From Gemmatimonadota bacterium (GTDB lineage: Bacteria > Gemmatimonadota > Gemmatimonadetes > Gemmatimonadales > Gemmatimonadaceae): 62,099 nt of DNA. The DNA is taken from the NCBI GenBank assembly GCA_028876725.1, contig JAGWRB010000044.1:1-62099 (forward strand), given 5' to 3'. The notes below the pieces were generated by a model. It did no database searches. It was given only the letters and a program-made list of their open reading frames with translations, and was not told the DNA's origin. Of the stretch, positions 24,254 through 34,724 are shown one piece after another. A program made the position numbers and the translations under genes. How positions within the stretch are numbered: position 1 is the stretch's first letter; every line of letters begins with the position of its first letter.

Positions 24254-25860
24254 CGTCGCGGCTGCGGGCGCTGAGCGACGCGCTGCGCGAGCTCGAAGAC
24301 CGGCTGCGCCAGGGGGGCGGGCCCGACAAGATCGCGCGGCAGCACAAGCAGGGGAAACTCACGGCGCGCGAGCGCATCGCGAAGCTGTGCGATCCCGGGA
24401 CGCCGTTCGTGGAGATCGGCCTTCTCGTGGCCTACGACCAGTACGAGGGGCAGGCCCCCGGCGCGGGCGTGGTCACGGGGCTCGGCGTCGTCCACGGGCG
24501 CGAGGTCGTGATCGTGGCCAACGACGCCACGGTGAAGGCCGGCTCGTGGTGGCCCGAGACCATCCGCAAGATGCTCCGCGCCCAGGAAGTCGCGATGCGG
24601 TGCCGCGTCCCCATCATCTACCTCGTGGACTCGGCGGGAGTGAATCTGCCCTACCAGGGCGGGGTCTTTCCGGGCCAGTACGGGGCCAGCCGCATCTTTT
24701 ATTATAATTCCATTATGCGGCGCTACCTGCACGTGCCGCAGCTCGCGGCCGTGATGGGCCCGTGCATCGCCGGGGGCGCGTATCTGCCCGCGCTCTCCGA
24801 CGTGATCGTGATGATCAAGGGAACGTCGTTCATGGGGCTCGGCGGTCCGAACCTCGTGAAGGGCGCCACCGGCCAGACGATCGACGCCGAAACGCTGGGC
24901 GGCGCCGATACGCACACGCGCATCAGCGGCGTCGCGCACTACGAGGCCGACCACGATCCCGCCGGCCTCGCCAAACTGCGCGATCTGGTGGCCATGCTGC
25001 CCCGGCCGGCCGACCCGGCGTGGGATGCGCCGGAGCCGCCGGCCGTCGATCCCGTCTCGCTCTACGACCTGCTGCCGGCCGACCACCGCATGTCCTACGA
25101 CATGCACGAGCTGCTGCGGGCGGTGCTCGACGGCGGCCGCCTCGACGAATTCCAGCAGGATCTCGCCCGCGAGATCATCTGCGGCGACGCGCGCATCGAG
25201 GGCATTCCGGTGGGCGTCATCGCCAACCAGCGCGGCCTCATCAAGGGGCGCGCCGGCGAGCGTCCGCGCTTCGGCGGCATCGTGTACGCCGAGAGCGCGG
25301 AGAAGGTGGCCTACTTCATCGAGCGGTGCGACCGCCAGCGCATTCCCATTCTCTTCGTGCAGGACGTCTCCGGGTTCATGGTCGGGCCCGACGCGGAGCA
25401 CGAGGGGATCATCCGCGCCGGCGCGCGGTTCGTCGAAGCCATGGCCACGGCGCGCGTTCCCAAGCTGGTGCTCACGGTGAACCACGCCTCGGGCGCCGGC
25501 TACTACGCGATGGCGGGGCAGGGGTTCGATCCGGATTTCATCTTCAGTTGGCCCACGGGCCGCATGGCGGTGATGGAAGGGGAGGCCGCCGTCCAGGCGG
25601 TGCACGGCCCGGCCATCGAAGCCGCGCGCGCCGGGGGCAAGGACGTACCGGCCGGCGTCGCGGAGTCGGTGGAAGAGATGCGCGCCGATTACGAGCACCA
25701 GCTCGACGCCAAGTACGCGGGCGCCCGCGGGTACGTGGACGCCATCGTCTATCCCGAAAACACCCGGGAAACGCTCGCCCTCGCGCTGCGCGCGGCGGCC
25801 CGAAATCCGGGCCCGCACCTCGGGGCGTTCGTGCTCCCGGCCCACATCGACAATTCATGA
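24250..25860 (+). CDS. acyl-CoA carboxylase carboxyltransferase (beta) subunit, MccB/AtuC type
   Basis: GTG 24250 (GTGA overlap). Motifs: [63 protein letters not shown] and [13 protein letters not shown]. Confidence 0.85.
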   Translation: MTSRLRALSDALRELEDRLRQGGGPDKIARQHKQGKLTARERIAKLCDPGTPFVEIGLLVAYDQYEGQAPGAGVVTGLGVVHGREVVIVANDATVKAGSWWPETIRKMLRAQEVAMRCRVPIIYLVDSAGVNLPYQGGVFPGQYGASRIFYYNSIMRRYLHVPQLAAVMGPCIAGGAYLPALSDVIVMIKGTSFMGLGGPNLVKGATGQTIDAETLGGADTHTRISGVAHYEADHDPAGLAKLRDLVAMLPRPADPAWDAPEPPAVDPVSLYDLLPADHRMSYDMHELLRAVLDGGRLDEFQQDLAREIICGDARIEGIPVGVIANQRGLIKGRAGERPRFGGIVYAESAEKVAYFIERCDRQRIPILFVQDVSGFMVGPDAEHEGIIRAGARFVEAMATARVPKLVLTVNHASGAGYYAMAGQGFDPDFIFSWPTGRMAVMEGEAAVQAVHGPAIEAARAGGKDVPAGVAESVEEMRADYEHQLDAKYAGARGYVDAIVYPENTRETLALALRAAARNPGPHLGAFVLPAHIDNS

Positions 25861-27218
25861 AAGACATCGTCCGCGTCGCATCGGGGCAGGGATTCTGGGG
25901 CGATTGGCTCGAAGCTCCGCGCCGCCAGGTCGAGGGCGGTCCCGTGGACTACCTGATGCTCGATTACCTGGCCGAGGTCACGATGTCCATTCTGCAGAAG
26001 CAGAAGGAACGGGACCCGAAGATGGGCTACGCCCGCGACTTCATCGGCGCCGTGGAGAGCGTGCTGCCGGCGGTGGTCGAGCGGGGGGTGCGTGTCATCG
26101 CGAACGCCGGTGGCGTGAATCCGGTGGCCTGCGCCGAGGCGGTGCGCGCCGTGGCCGCGAAGACCGGCGTCGAGGATCGCCTGAAGATCGGCGTCGTCAC
26201 CGGCGACGACCTGCTCCCTGCGCTCGATGCGCTCATCGCCGGCGGGCACGCGCTGGCCAACATGGAAACCGGCGAGCCGCTGAGCACGGTGCGCGACCGC
26301 GTGCTCTCCGCCAACGCCTACATCGGTTCGGTGCCGATCGTCGAAGCCCTGGGCAGGGGCGCCAACATCGTCATCACGGGTCGCTCCACCGACACGGCGC
26401 TCACCATGGCGCCGCTGCGCTACGAATTCGGGTGGAAGAGCGACGACTGGAACCGCCTCGCCGCCGGCATCATCGCCGGCCACATCATCGAGTGCGGGGC
26501 GCAGTGTTCGGGCGGCAACTGCCTGTACGACTGGCGCTCGATCCCCGATCTCGCCAACGTCGGCTATCCGATCGTCGAGGCGCGCGCCGACGGCACGTTC
26601 GTCGTCACGAAACACGCGGGCACGGGCGGGCGCATCGACGTGCATTCGGTGACGGAGCAGCTCGTCTACGAGATGGGCGATCCGCATTCTTATATCACCC
26701 CCGACGTGGTCGCCGACTTCTCCAGCATCCACCTGGAGCAGGCCGGGGAGAATCGCGTCCGCGTGTTCGGCATTCAGGGGCGCGAGGCCACCGACAAGCT
26801 CAAGGTGTCCATCGCCTACCGCGACGGATACAAGGCGGTGGGGTCGCTGGTGTACGCGTGGCCCGACGCACTCGAGAAGGCCCAGCTTGCCGACCGGGTG
26901 CTGCGCGAGCGGCTCGACCGGCTCGGCCTGCGGTTCGACCACATCCTCACCGAGTTCGTAGGCGCCTCGGCCACTCACGGGCCGCTGGCCGGTGACGCGG
27001 GGCGTGACGCCCCCGAGGTGCAGTTCCGCATCGGCGTGCGGTCGCACGACCGGGCCATGGTGGAACGCTTCACGCGGGAGATTGTGCCCCTCGTGTTGAA
27101 CGGCCCGCCGAGCGTTACCGGCTTTGCCGCCGGCCGCCCCAAGGTGGAGGAGATCGTGGCCTACTGGCCCGCGCTCATCGACAAGACCGTGGTACAGACC
27201 AAGGTGGAGATTCTCTGA
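25857..27218 (+). CDS. AtuA-family protein (DUF1446)
   Basis: ATG 25857 (ATGA overlap). [48 protein letters not shown] is typical of DUF1446/AtuA. Confidence 0.75.
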   Translation: MKDIVRVASGQGFWGDWLEAPRRQVEGGPVDYLMLDYLAEVTMSILQKQKERDPKMGYARDFIGAVESVLPAVVERGVRVIANAGGVNPVACAEAVRAVAAKTGVEDRLKIGVVTGDDLLPALDALIAGGHALANMETGEPLSTVRDRVLSANAYIGSVPIVEALGRGANIVITGRSTDTALTMAPLRYEFGWKSDDWNRLAAGIIAGHIIECGAQCSGGNCLYDWRSIPDLANVGYPIVEARADGTFVVTKHAGTGGRIDVHSVTEQLVYEMGDPHSYITPDVVADFSSIHLEQAGENRVRVFGIQGREATDKLKVSIAYRDGYKAVGSLVYAWPDALEKAQLADRVLRERLDRLGLRFDHILTEFVGASATHGPLAGDAGRDAPEVQFRIGVRSHDRAMVERFTREIVPLVLNGPPSVTGFAAGRPKVEEIVAYWPALIDKTVVQTKVEIL

Positions 27219-27571
27219 TGCGCGTCCGACTCCTCGACATCGCGCACGCCCGCTCCGGCGACAAGGGCGACACCGCCAACGTGGGCGTGATCGCGCTCCG
27301 GCCGGAGTGGTATCCGGTGCTCGTGTCGCACCTCACTCGCGAACGCGTGGCCGAACACTTTCACGGCGTCATCGGCGGCCCGGTGGAGCGGTTCGAGCTG
27401 CCGAACCTCGGGGCGCTGAACTTCCTGCTGCACGGCGCGCTCGACGGCGGGGGCACCCTCTCGCTCAAGACCGACGCGCAGGGAAAGGTCTATTCCACGG
27501 CGCTGCTGCGCCTCGTGCTCGACGTCCCCGACGCCGAGGCCCGGGCCGTGGGACTGCCGGCGGCGGCGTGA
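27218..27571 (+). CDS. small AtuA-associated protein
   Basis: 117 aa, [31 protein letters not shown] junction with the AtuA gene. I know this family as the usual partner ORF of DUF1446 genes, from memory only and not searched. Confidence 0.6.
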   Translation: MRVRLLDIAHARSGDKGDTANVGVIALRPEWYPVLVSHLTRERVAEHFHGVIGGPVERFELPNLGALNFLLHGALDGGGTLSLKTDAQGKVYSTALLRLVLDVPDAEARAVGLPAAA

Positions 27572-27771
27572 ACCGGCTGGCGCTCGTCAAACTCGGGCTC
27601 GGCGCCATTGGCGTCGTGGTGTGGGGGTACGGCGCCCGCACCGATGATCCGCGCGTGCGCCTGGCGGGTATGATCGTGCTGGGAATCGCCGTGGCGTTGC
27701 GGCTGCTGCCGCGCGCCGTGCGCGATCGCCTCGAAGGGCGGCACCGCGCACCGGCGGATACACAATCCTGA
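27568..27771 (+). CDS. small two-TM membrane protein (hypothetical)
   Basis: GTG 27568 (GTGA overlap). 67 aa with two hydrophobic stretches, LGLGAIGVVVWGY and LAGMIVLGIAVALRLL. No recognisable family. Confidence 0.35.
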   Translation: MNRLALVKLGLGAIGVVVWGYGARTDDPRVRLAGMIVLGIAVALRLLPRAVRDRLEGRHRAPADTQS

Positions 27772-27847
27772 CAACTCCGGCGGTAGCCGCGCGATGCGCA
27801 GCCGCCTATGGTCATCACGCAACAGCCACGTCCTGGAGGAACGCCTG

Positions 27848-28552
27848 ATGAAACGGATCGCACTCGGCGCGCTCGCCGCCGCCATCGCCGCCCTGCCGCT
27901 CACCGCACGCGCGCAGGGGATGGGCGAAGCCAATCGCAAGATCGAGAACGGCGGCATCTTCGCACCCGGCTGGCAGGGCAAGATCGACCCGTCGGCGGCA
28001 CGCCGCGGGAGCACCCTCAACGACGCGCGCTTCGCGAAAGAAGGAAACGCATATCACGTGACGACCGGCCCGGCCACCACCTACTGGAATCCGGCGAACG
28101 TGGCCTCGGGCGAGTACACCGTGAAGGCGACCTTCACCGAGCCCAAGTTCATGAACCGGAACGACCACGCGCATCCGTACGGCATCGTGATCGCCGGAAA
28201 TGCCATGGGGACCGACAAGGCCTCGTACCTCTACTGCGCGGCGTACGGCACCGGGTACTTCATCGTGCGCGGGTTCGGCCCGAATCCGTTCCAGATGAAC
28301 GGTCGCGAGGGCGAGATGAACGCCGCCGTGCACAAGGCCGCCGGCCCCGACCAGCCGGTCACGCAGGACATCGCCATGACCGTGACCAAGGACAAGGTCG
28401 AGTGCGCCATCAACGGCACCGTCGTGGCCAGCTATCCCAAGTCGGCGCTCGTGACCGCGGGGAAGCTCGCGTCCACCGACGGGGTGTATGGCATTCGCTT
28501 CGCGCACAACACCGACGGCGTCGTCACCAACCTGACGATGACCAAACACTAG
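27848..28552 (+). CDS. exported DUF1080-like (concanavalin-fold) protein
   Basis: ATG 27848 gives the signal peptide MKRIALGALAAAIAALPLTARAQ. The mature part is beta-rich. The family call is from memory only. Confidence 0.55.
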   Translation: MKRIALGALAAAIAALPLTARAQGMGEANRKIENGGIFAPGWQGKIDPSAARRGSTLNDARFAKEGNAYHVTTGPATTYWNPANVASGEYTVKATFTEPKFMNRNDHAHPYGIVIAGNAMGTDKASYLYCAAYGTGYFIVRGFGPNPFQMNGREGEMNAAVHKAAGPDQPVTQDIAMTVTKDKVECAINGTVVASYPKSALVTAGKLASTDGVYGIRFAHNTDGVVTNLTMTKH

Positions 28553-28578
28553 ACGCGAACGTCAGGATCGCCGTTTTG

Positions 28579-28614
28579 CGCCGGGCCGGGGACTCCCCGG
28601 CCCGGCGTGTTTTG
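28579..28614 (+). terminator. rho-independent terminator
   Basis: 13-bp perfect stem cgccgggccgggg / ccccggcccggcg with a 3-nt loop, followed by tgttttg. Confidence 0.75.
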
Positions 28615-28658
28615 CGGCGGACGTAGAAGCGGCGCCCCGGAGCCGCTAACTTGCGCGC

Positions 28659-31145
28659 ATGCCCGCGCACTCCGTTCCCGAGCTGCTCGCGCCCGCCGGT
28701 TCCCTCGACGCGGTGCGGGCGGCCCTCGCCAATGGCGCCGACGCCGTCTACCTCGGCGCTGAGCGCTGGAACGCGCGCGACGAGGGCGCGCAGCTCTCCC
28801 TGGACGACGTGGAGCAGGCCTGCCGGCTGGCGCACGAGCGCGGGCGGCGCATCTACCTCACGTTCAACATCCTCTTCAAGCCGCGCGAATTGGCGGACGC
28901 GCTGGCCTTTCTGGGCGAGGCCGTGGACCGCGGCATCGATGCGGCCATCGTGCAGGACATCGGCGCGATTCGCCTCATCCAGCGCGTGTACCCGCAACTC
29001 GAAATTCACGGCTCCACGCAGATGACCGTGCACGACGCCGCGGGCGCCGCGGTGCTGCGCGACCTCGGCGTGCACCGCGTGGTGCTGGCCCGTGAGAACA
29101 CGCTCGACGACATCCGGAGCATCCGCGCCGCGGTGCCCGATCTGGGCCTCGAGACCTTCGTCCACGGTGCGCTCTGCATTTCATACTCCGGGCAGTGCTA
29201 CATGTCCGGCATGATTTCCGAGCGGAGCGCGAACCGCGGATCGTGCGCGCAGTCGTGCCGCAAGGACTACGTGCTCACCGATCTCCGCGACGGCGCCGAG
29301 CTGGACCGCGGGTACCTGATTTCGGCGCGCGACCTTGCGGCGCACGAGCATCTGCCCGCCATCGCCGATGCGGGCATCGTCTGTCTCAAGGTGGAAGGGC
29401 GCAAGAAGAAGCCCGAGTACGTGGCCACCGTCACCAGCACCTACCGCGGCCTGCTCGATCGCGTGGGGCGCGGGGACCGCGCCCCGCTGGAGCCCGCGGA
29501 CGTCCAGCCGCTGGTGCAGATCTTCAGCCGCGGATTCACGGGCGGCATGTACGGCGGCCGGGCGGGGCGCGACTACGTCACCCGGACGCAACCCGACAAC
29601 AAGGGCGCGCTGCTGGGCGCCGTGGTGGCGCTGGAGCGGGGCGAGATCGTCGTGGACGTGTCGTCGCCAATCGAGGTGGGAGACGGCATCGGCTTCGAAG
29701 CGCCCGAGGGCCTGGGCGGCGCCTCGGTGGGTGGCACGGTGAGCGCCGTGCGCACGCTCGCATCGCGGAACACCATTCGCCAGGCGGTCACCGTGCCGGC
29801 GCGCCCCAAGGTGGGCTGGAAGGTGCTGCGCACCTCCCAGGCCGCGCTGCTGCAGCGGGCGCGCGACTCGTACGCGGCGCTGCCGGCGCACGTGCGGGCG
29901 CACAAGTCGCGGCTCGACGCGCGCATCTTCGGCGCCGCGGGGTCCCCGCTCAAGGTGACCTTTACCGCGGACGGGGAATCGGTCACCGCGCAGAGCGAGG
30001 CCACGCTCGCGCCGGCGAGCAAGCGACCGCTCGACCGCGCGCTGCTGCGTGAGCAGCTCGGACGCCTGGGCGAATCGCCGTTCGCGCTCGCCGCCCTCGA
30101 CGATGCGGGCCTCGCGCCCGGCCTTTTCATTCCGGTGAGCGAGCTGAATCACCTGCGCCAGCACGCCGTGGACACGCTGATGCAGCGGCGCGACTGGGCG
30201 CGGCAGGCGGCGGAGGCCGAGCGGCGCGCACGCATTGAGGAAGCCGTCGGCGGCCTCGATCGTCCCACCGTGGCCGCGGAACCCGCGTCCTTCCGCCTCG
30301 TCGCCGAGGTGTACGACCTCGACGATGCCAACGCCGCGGCAGACGCCGGCGCCAACACGATTGTCTTCGATCCGTTCCTGCGCCATCCCGCGCCGCCCAA
30401 GTCGCGTGTGCGGGCGCTGCACGGCGAGTTGGCCGGCCGCGGCATCGAACTGCGGCTCCGCACGCCCACCATCGTGCGTCCCGAGGAGCGCGCAACGGTG
30501 CAGAAGTGGCTCGACCTCGGACTCCCGGTGCAGACCGGACATCTCGGCCTCGTGGCCGAACTCGGCCGGGCGGGCGTGGACGTCACCGCCGATTATGCCG
30601 TGAACGCGATGAACCAGCACACGGCCGCCGAGATCTTCCGCCTCGGCGCACGCCGGATCACCGCGTCGGTGGAACTGACCGTGGACGAGATCGCGGACCT
30701 CGTCGCACCATGGGAGGGCGCCGCGTTTGAAGTATTCCTGTATGGCCGTCCCGAAGGAATGACCATCGAGCACTGCGTGCTCTCGGCGGCGTTCGACCGC
30801 GTGCCCACGACCTGCCGCGACCTGTGCGTGCAGAAGCACACCAACGTCCAGCTCACCGATCCGGCGGGTTACCAGTTCCCGGTGGCCACCGACTCGGCGT
30901 GTCGCAACCGCCTGCTGCATTCGCGGCCCGTCGAGGGATCCGAGTTCCTGCCGCGACTCTGGACCGCAGGGGTGCGCTCGTACCGCGCCGTGTTCAACGT
31001 GCCCGGTGAGCCGGTGGCCGACGTGGTGCGCGGTTATCGCGCGTCGCTCGATGCGCTGGCCGCCAACTCCGAACCGCCCCGGTCGGCCGTGCGCGACGTG
31101 GTGGGCTCGGCGTTCACGCGCGGACACTTCGCGCGTGCGGTTTAA
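28659..31145 (+). CDS. double-module peptidase-U32-family protein
   Basis: 828 aa. The N-half is canonical U32 (PELLAPAGS.., ETFVHGALCISYSGQCYMSG...GSCAQSCR). The C-half (~aa 520-790) is a second, diverged U32-like barrel (FEVFLYGRPEGMTIEHCVLS...TTCRDLCV...ACRNRLL). Confidence 0.8.
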   Translation: MPAHSVPELLAPAGSLDAVRAALANGADAVYLGAERWNARDEGAQLSLDDVEQACRLAHERGRRIYLTFNILFKPRELADALAFLGEAVDRGIDAAIVQDIGAIRLIQRVYPQLEIHGSTQMTVHDAAGAAVLRDLGVHRVVLARENTLDDIRSIRAAVPDLGLETFVHGALCISYSGQCYMSGMISERSANRGSCAQSCRKDYVLTDLRDGAELDRGYLISARDLAAHEHLPAIADAGIVCLKVEGRKKKPEYVATVTSTYRGLLDRVGRGDRAPLEPADVQPLVQIFSRGFTGGMYGGRAGRDYVTRTQPDNKGALLGAVVALERGEIVVDVSSPIEVGDGIGFEAPEGLGGASVGGTVSAVRTLASRNTIRQAVTVPARPKVGWKVLRTSQAALLQRARDSYAALPAHVRAHKSRLDARIFGAAGSPLKVTFTADGESVTAQSEATLAPASKRPLDRALLREQLGRLGESPFALAALDDAGLAPGLFIPVSELNHLRQHAVDTLMQRRDWARQAAEAERRARIEEAVGGLDRPTVAAEPASFRLVAEVYDLDDANAAADAGANTIVFDPFLRHPAPPKSRVRALHGELAGRGIELRLRTPTIVRPEERATVQKWLDLGLPVQTGHLGLVAELGRAGVDVTADYAVNAMNQHTAAEIFRLGARRITASVELTVDEIADLVAPWEGAAFEVFLYGRPEGMTIEHCVLSAAFDRVPTTCRDLCVQKHTNVQLTDPAGYQFPVATDSACRNRLLHSRPVEGSEFLPRLWTAGVRSYRAVFNVPGEPVADVVRGYRASLDALAANSEPPRSAVRDVVGSAFTRGHFARAV

Positions 31146-31205
31146 GGGCGCCGCGCGCCCTGATCTGGTAACGCCGCGGCGCTCGCGGCACGCTACGCTC
31201 GTCGC

Positions 31206-33047
31206 ATGACCGCCCCCACGCTGGATCAGGCCCGCGCCGTGCTGAATGAGCGCTTCGGCTATTCCGCGTTCCGCGCGGGGCAGGCGGAGGCCGTGGCCAG
31301 TGTGCTGGCCGGCAAGGCGACCGTGGTCATCCTTCCCACCGGGGGCGGCAAGTCACTCTGCTATCAGGTGCCCGCGCTCGTGCTGCCGGGACTCACGCTC
31401 GTGGTGTCGCCGCTCATCTCGCTCATGAAGGACCAGGTCGACGCGCTCGAACGGCGCGGAATCCCGGCCGCGTTCATCAACAGCTCGCTGACGCCGGGGC
31501 AGGTGAGCGACCGGCTGGTGGCGGCCTGCCGCGGCGACCTGAAGCTGCTGTACGTCGCGCCCGAGCGTTTTGACGCCGGGAACACGCTCGATCGCCTGCG
31601 CGAGGCGAGCGTGTCACTGCTCGCCGTGGACGAGGCGCACTGCATCAGCGAGTGGGGGCATGATTTCCGCCCCAGCTACCTGCGGCTGGCCAGCGTCCAT
31701 GAGGCGCTCGGCCGTCCCACCCTCGTCGCGCTCACCGCCACCGCCACGCCGCACGTGCGCGAGGACATCGTGCGCCAGCTCGACATGGGGCGCCCGAAGG
31801 TCATCGTCACCGGGTTTGACCGCACGAATCTCACCTACCACGTGCGCTCGGTGCGCACCGACGCCGACAAGGACGCCGCGCTCATCGAAGAACTGCGCGC
31901 CCGTGCGGGGCTCGCCATTGTGTACGCCTCCACGCGCAAGGCCGTGGAACGCATCGCGGCGCTGCTCAACCGGCGGCGCATCCGCGCCCTTCCGTACCAT
32001 GCGGGACTCGACGACGACCACCGGCGCGAAGTGCAGGACGCCTTCATGGGCGAGCAGGCGCGCGTCATCGTGGCCACCAATGCGTTCGGCATGGGGATCG
32101 ACAAGCCGAACGTTCGCCTCGTGGTGCACCACGCCATGCCGGGCACCCTCGAGGCGTACTACCAGGAGGCCGGCCGCGCCGGTCGCGACGGAGAGCCCGC
32201 CGAGTGCGTGCTGCTGCACGCCTTCCGCGACCGGTTCACGCACGAATACTTCATTCGCGTGGCGCATCCGCGCCGCGACGTGGTGGAGCGTCTGTACGAC
32301 CTGATGCGGCGCGGCGGCCCGGTGGTTGCCGCGCTCGACGCCGAGCACCTCGCGCGCAAGCTCGGCCGCAAGACCAACGCCCGCGACGTGGAGGCTGCAC
32401 AGCGATTGCTGGAACGAGTCGGGGCGTGGCGCACCGGCGCCGCCATCGGACGACGGGCGCACGTGCGCCTCCTGGCAACCCCGGAGCGCATCCGCGGCGA
32501 ACTGGGCGAATCGCGGGCCCTCGAGCTTGGACTCCTGCGCGCCCTCTGGCGCCTGGGGCGCGACGGGCTGTACGACGGGCTCGAGGTGGACCTCGACGGT
32601 CTCCCGCCCGCTCTCGGCGGCCCCGCGCTCACCCTGCTCGATACCCTGCAGCGCGACCAGTTCGTCGAATGGGCGCGAATCGAATCGTCGGCCGGCCCGG
32701 TGAACGCCGCCGCGCCCCTGGAGCGCTTCCGCATCGACTGGGACGCGCTGGAACGGCGGCGGCGCGCTGACCTGGACAAGCTCGAAGCCATGCAGCGATA
32801 CGCCTACACCGAGCGTTGCCGCCGCGCGTACGTGCTTCGATATTTCGGAGACCCCGCGGCGCGGCCGGAATGCGGTGCGTGCGACAACTGTCTGCGCCAC
32901 CCGGCCGGACATTCCGCCCGGCGCCCGGGCGCCGGCCGCCGGACCAAGCATACGTACATCAGCACCGACGACGTGCTGGTGGCCGTGCCTCAGCCCCCAG
33001 AACCCCAGCGCGCGCGGCGCCGCCGTCGAGACGCCGACGCTTCCTGA
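31206..33047 (+). CDS. recQ: ATP-dependent DNA helicase RecQ
   Basis: [50 protein letters not shown] and [10 protein letters not shown], with a C-terminal Cys cluster CGACDNC. Confidence 0.9.
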   Translation: MTAPTLDQARAVLNERFGYSAFRAGQAEAVASVLAGKATVVILPTGGGKSLCYQVPALVLPGLTLVVSPLISLMKDQVDALERRGIPAAFINSSLTPGQVSDRLVAACRGDLKLLYVAPERFDAGNTLDRLREASVSLLAVDEAHCISEWGHDFRPSYLRLASVHEALGRPTLVALTATATPHVREDIVRQLDMGRPKVIVTGFDRTNLTYHVRSVRTDADKDAALIEELRARAGLAIVYASTRKAVERIAALLNRRRIRALPYHAGLDDDHRREVQDAFMGEQARVIVATNAFGMGIDKPNVRLVVHHAMPGTLEAYYQEAGRAGRDGEPAECVLLHAFRDRFTHEYFIRVAHPRRDVVERLYDLMRRGGPVVAALDAEHLARKLGRKTNARDVEAAQRLLERVGAWRTGAAIGRRAHVRLLATPERIRGELGESRALELGLLRALWRLGRDGLYDGLEVDLDGLPPALGGPALTLLDTLQRDQFVEWARIESSAGPVNAAAPLERFRIDWDALERRRRADLDKLEAMQRYAYTERCRRAYVLRYFGDPAARPECGACDNCLRHPAGHSARRPGAGRRTKHTYISTDDVLVAVPQPPEPQRARRRRRDADAS

Positions 33048-33052
33048 TTGCC

Positions 33053-34270
33053 ATGGACGACGCCCTCTATTTCTCCGAACAGCATCTGGCCGTGCGCGAG
33101 ATGGTCCGCGAATTCGCGCGCGATGAAGTGGCCCCCGTAGCCGCGCGCTGCGACGCCGACGCGACGTTTCCGTGGGCCAACATCAAGCGCATGGGAGAGC
33201 TGGGCCTGCTCGGCGTCCCGTGGCCCGAAGATCTCGGTGGTGCCGGCCTCGATCTGCTGAGCTACATGATCGTCATCGAGGAGCTGGCCAAGGTCGACGC
33301 CTCGCACGGCCTCACGGTCTCGGCCCACACCACCCTCGGGACGTCGCCCATCGTCCACTTCGGCAACGACGAGCAGAAGCGCCGCTACGTGCCGATCCTC
33401 GCCTCCGGGCGGGTCATGGGCGGCTTCGGCCTCACCGAACCGGACGCCGGCAGCGACGCCGGTGGGACGCGCACCACCGCCGTGAAGAAGGGCGACCGCT
33501 ACATCCTGAACGGCGTGAAGCGCTTCATCACGCACGGACACGTGGGTGAGATCTTCGTGGTCACGGCAGTCACGAATCCGGGGCAGGGCACCAAGGGCAT
33601 CAGTTCGTTCATCCTCACCAAGCCCACCGGCGATCCGCAGGGCGCCGCTGCAGCGGGCGTTGGCCACGAACCCTCGCTGCCCGCGATGCGCGGCTTTCGC
33701 GCGGGCAAGAAGGAAGACAAGCTCGGCTGGCGCGCGTCCGACACCGCCGAGTTGATCATGGAAGACGTGGAAGTGCCGGCGGAGAATCGTTTGGGCGAGG
33801 AGGGGCTGGGGTTCAAGAATTTCATGCGCACCCTCGACGCAGGGCGCATCGGGATTGCCGCGCTGTCGCTGGGCATCGCCGAGGGCGCGTTCGAGGAGGC
33901 GCGGAAGTACACCGCCGTCCGGAAGCAGTTCGGCCAGCCCATTGCCCGGTTCCAGGGCGTGCACTTTCAGCTCTCCGACATGGCCACCGAAATCGAGGCG
34001 GGGCGTCACCTGATGTTCCACGCCGCGTGGCTCGCCCAGCATGGCAAGCCCTTCGGCAAGGAGGCGGCAATGGCCAAGCTGTTCTGCTCGGAATTGGCCA
34101 TGCGCACCACCATCAAAGCGCTGCAGCTCCACGGCGGCTACGGCTACACCAAGGATTATCCGGTGGAGCGCATGATGCGCGACGCAAAGATTTGTGAGAT
34201 CGGGGAGGGCACCTCGGAAATTCAGCGCATCGTGATCGCCCGGCACCTCCTCAAGGAAGTCCTGGACTGA
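33053..34270 (+). CDS. acyl-CoA dehydrogenase
   Basis: 405 aa with [32 protein letters not shown] and [13 protein letters not shown]. Confidence 0.9.
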   Translation: MDDALYFSEQHLAVREMVREFARDEVAPVAARCDADATFPWANIKRMGELGLLGVPWPEDLGGAGLDLLSYMIVIEELAKVDASHGLTVSAHTTLGTSPIVHFGNDEQKRRYVPILASGRVMGGFGLTEPDAGSDAGGTRTTAVKKGDRYILNGVKRFITHGHVGEIFVVTAVTNPGQGTKGISSFILTKPTGDPQGAAAAGVGHEPSLPAMRGFRAGKKEDKLGWRASDTAELIMEDVEVPAENRLGEEGLGFKNFMRTLDAGRIGIAALSLGIAEGAFEEARKYTAVRKQFGQPIARFQGVHFQLSDMATEIEAGRHLMFHAAWLAQHGKPFGKEAAMAKLFCSELAMRTTIKALQLHGGYGYTKDYPVERMMRDAKICEIGEGTSEIQRIVIARHLLKEVLD

Positions 34271-34406
34271 CCGCCCGTAAGTCCTTGCGAATCTTGCGGA
34301 AACCGTGATCGCGCCTTAGTAATTCTGGCAGTGACACTCTCCCTTGCATTCCCCGCCTTGGCACGGCCGCGCGACTCGCGGCGTGGTCGAGGCTCTCGCT
34401 TCACTG

Positions 34407-34433
34407 CGGCGGCCGAAGCAGCATCGGCCGCCG
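34407..34433 (+). terminator. GC-rich hairpin downstream of the acyl-CoA dehydrogenase gene (no U-tract)
   Basis: 10-bp perfect stem cggcggccga / tcggccgccg with a 7-nt loop, followed by tctgtg rather than a T-run. Confidence 0.3.
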
Positions 34434-34724
34434 TCTGTGCAGCCATCCCCGTCGCGGCGTACGGCTTCATTTTCGAAGTCGATCGCATGCCGGCCCGTGG
34501 GAAGTTGCCGTTCTCCACGCTCGTGGAGGCGCTGACGCGGTTCATGCGCGGCGTGTTGCGGCAGCCGGGCCCGGCGTGGTCGATCCCGCTCGAGCGGTGG
34601 ATCCCCAGCCACATTTCGGCCGCCGGACGCCTCCAGGCGTTCGCGCGTGCCGCCACCCTGCATCCCCGTAACCGCTTCACCCCGCGTGCCGAGTCGCCGC
34701 GCGGAGGTGCGCCGGCGGTTCCCC

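Noticed and set aside
34222-34680. 152-aa minus-strand ORF in the acd-rng gap as a real gene.
   Set aside because: It is strongly basic and Arg/Ala-rich, overlaps the 3' end of the acyl-CoA dehydrogenase gene by 49 nt, and has no motifs. It shares third-codon positions with the + frame, so it cannot be formally excluded. See the finding on 34271-34801.
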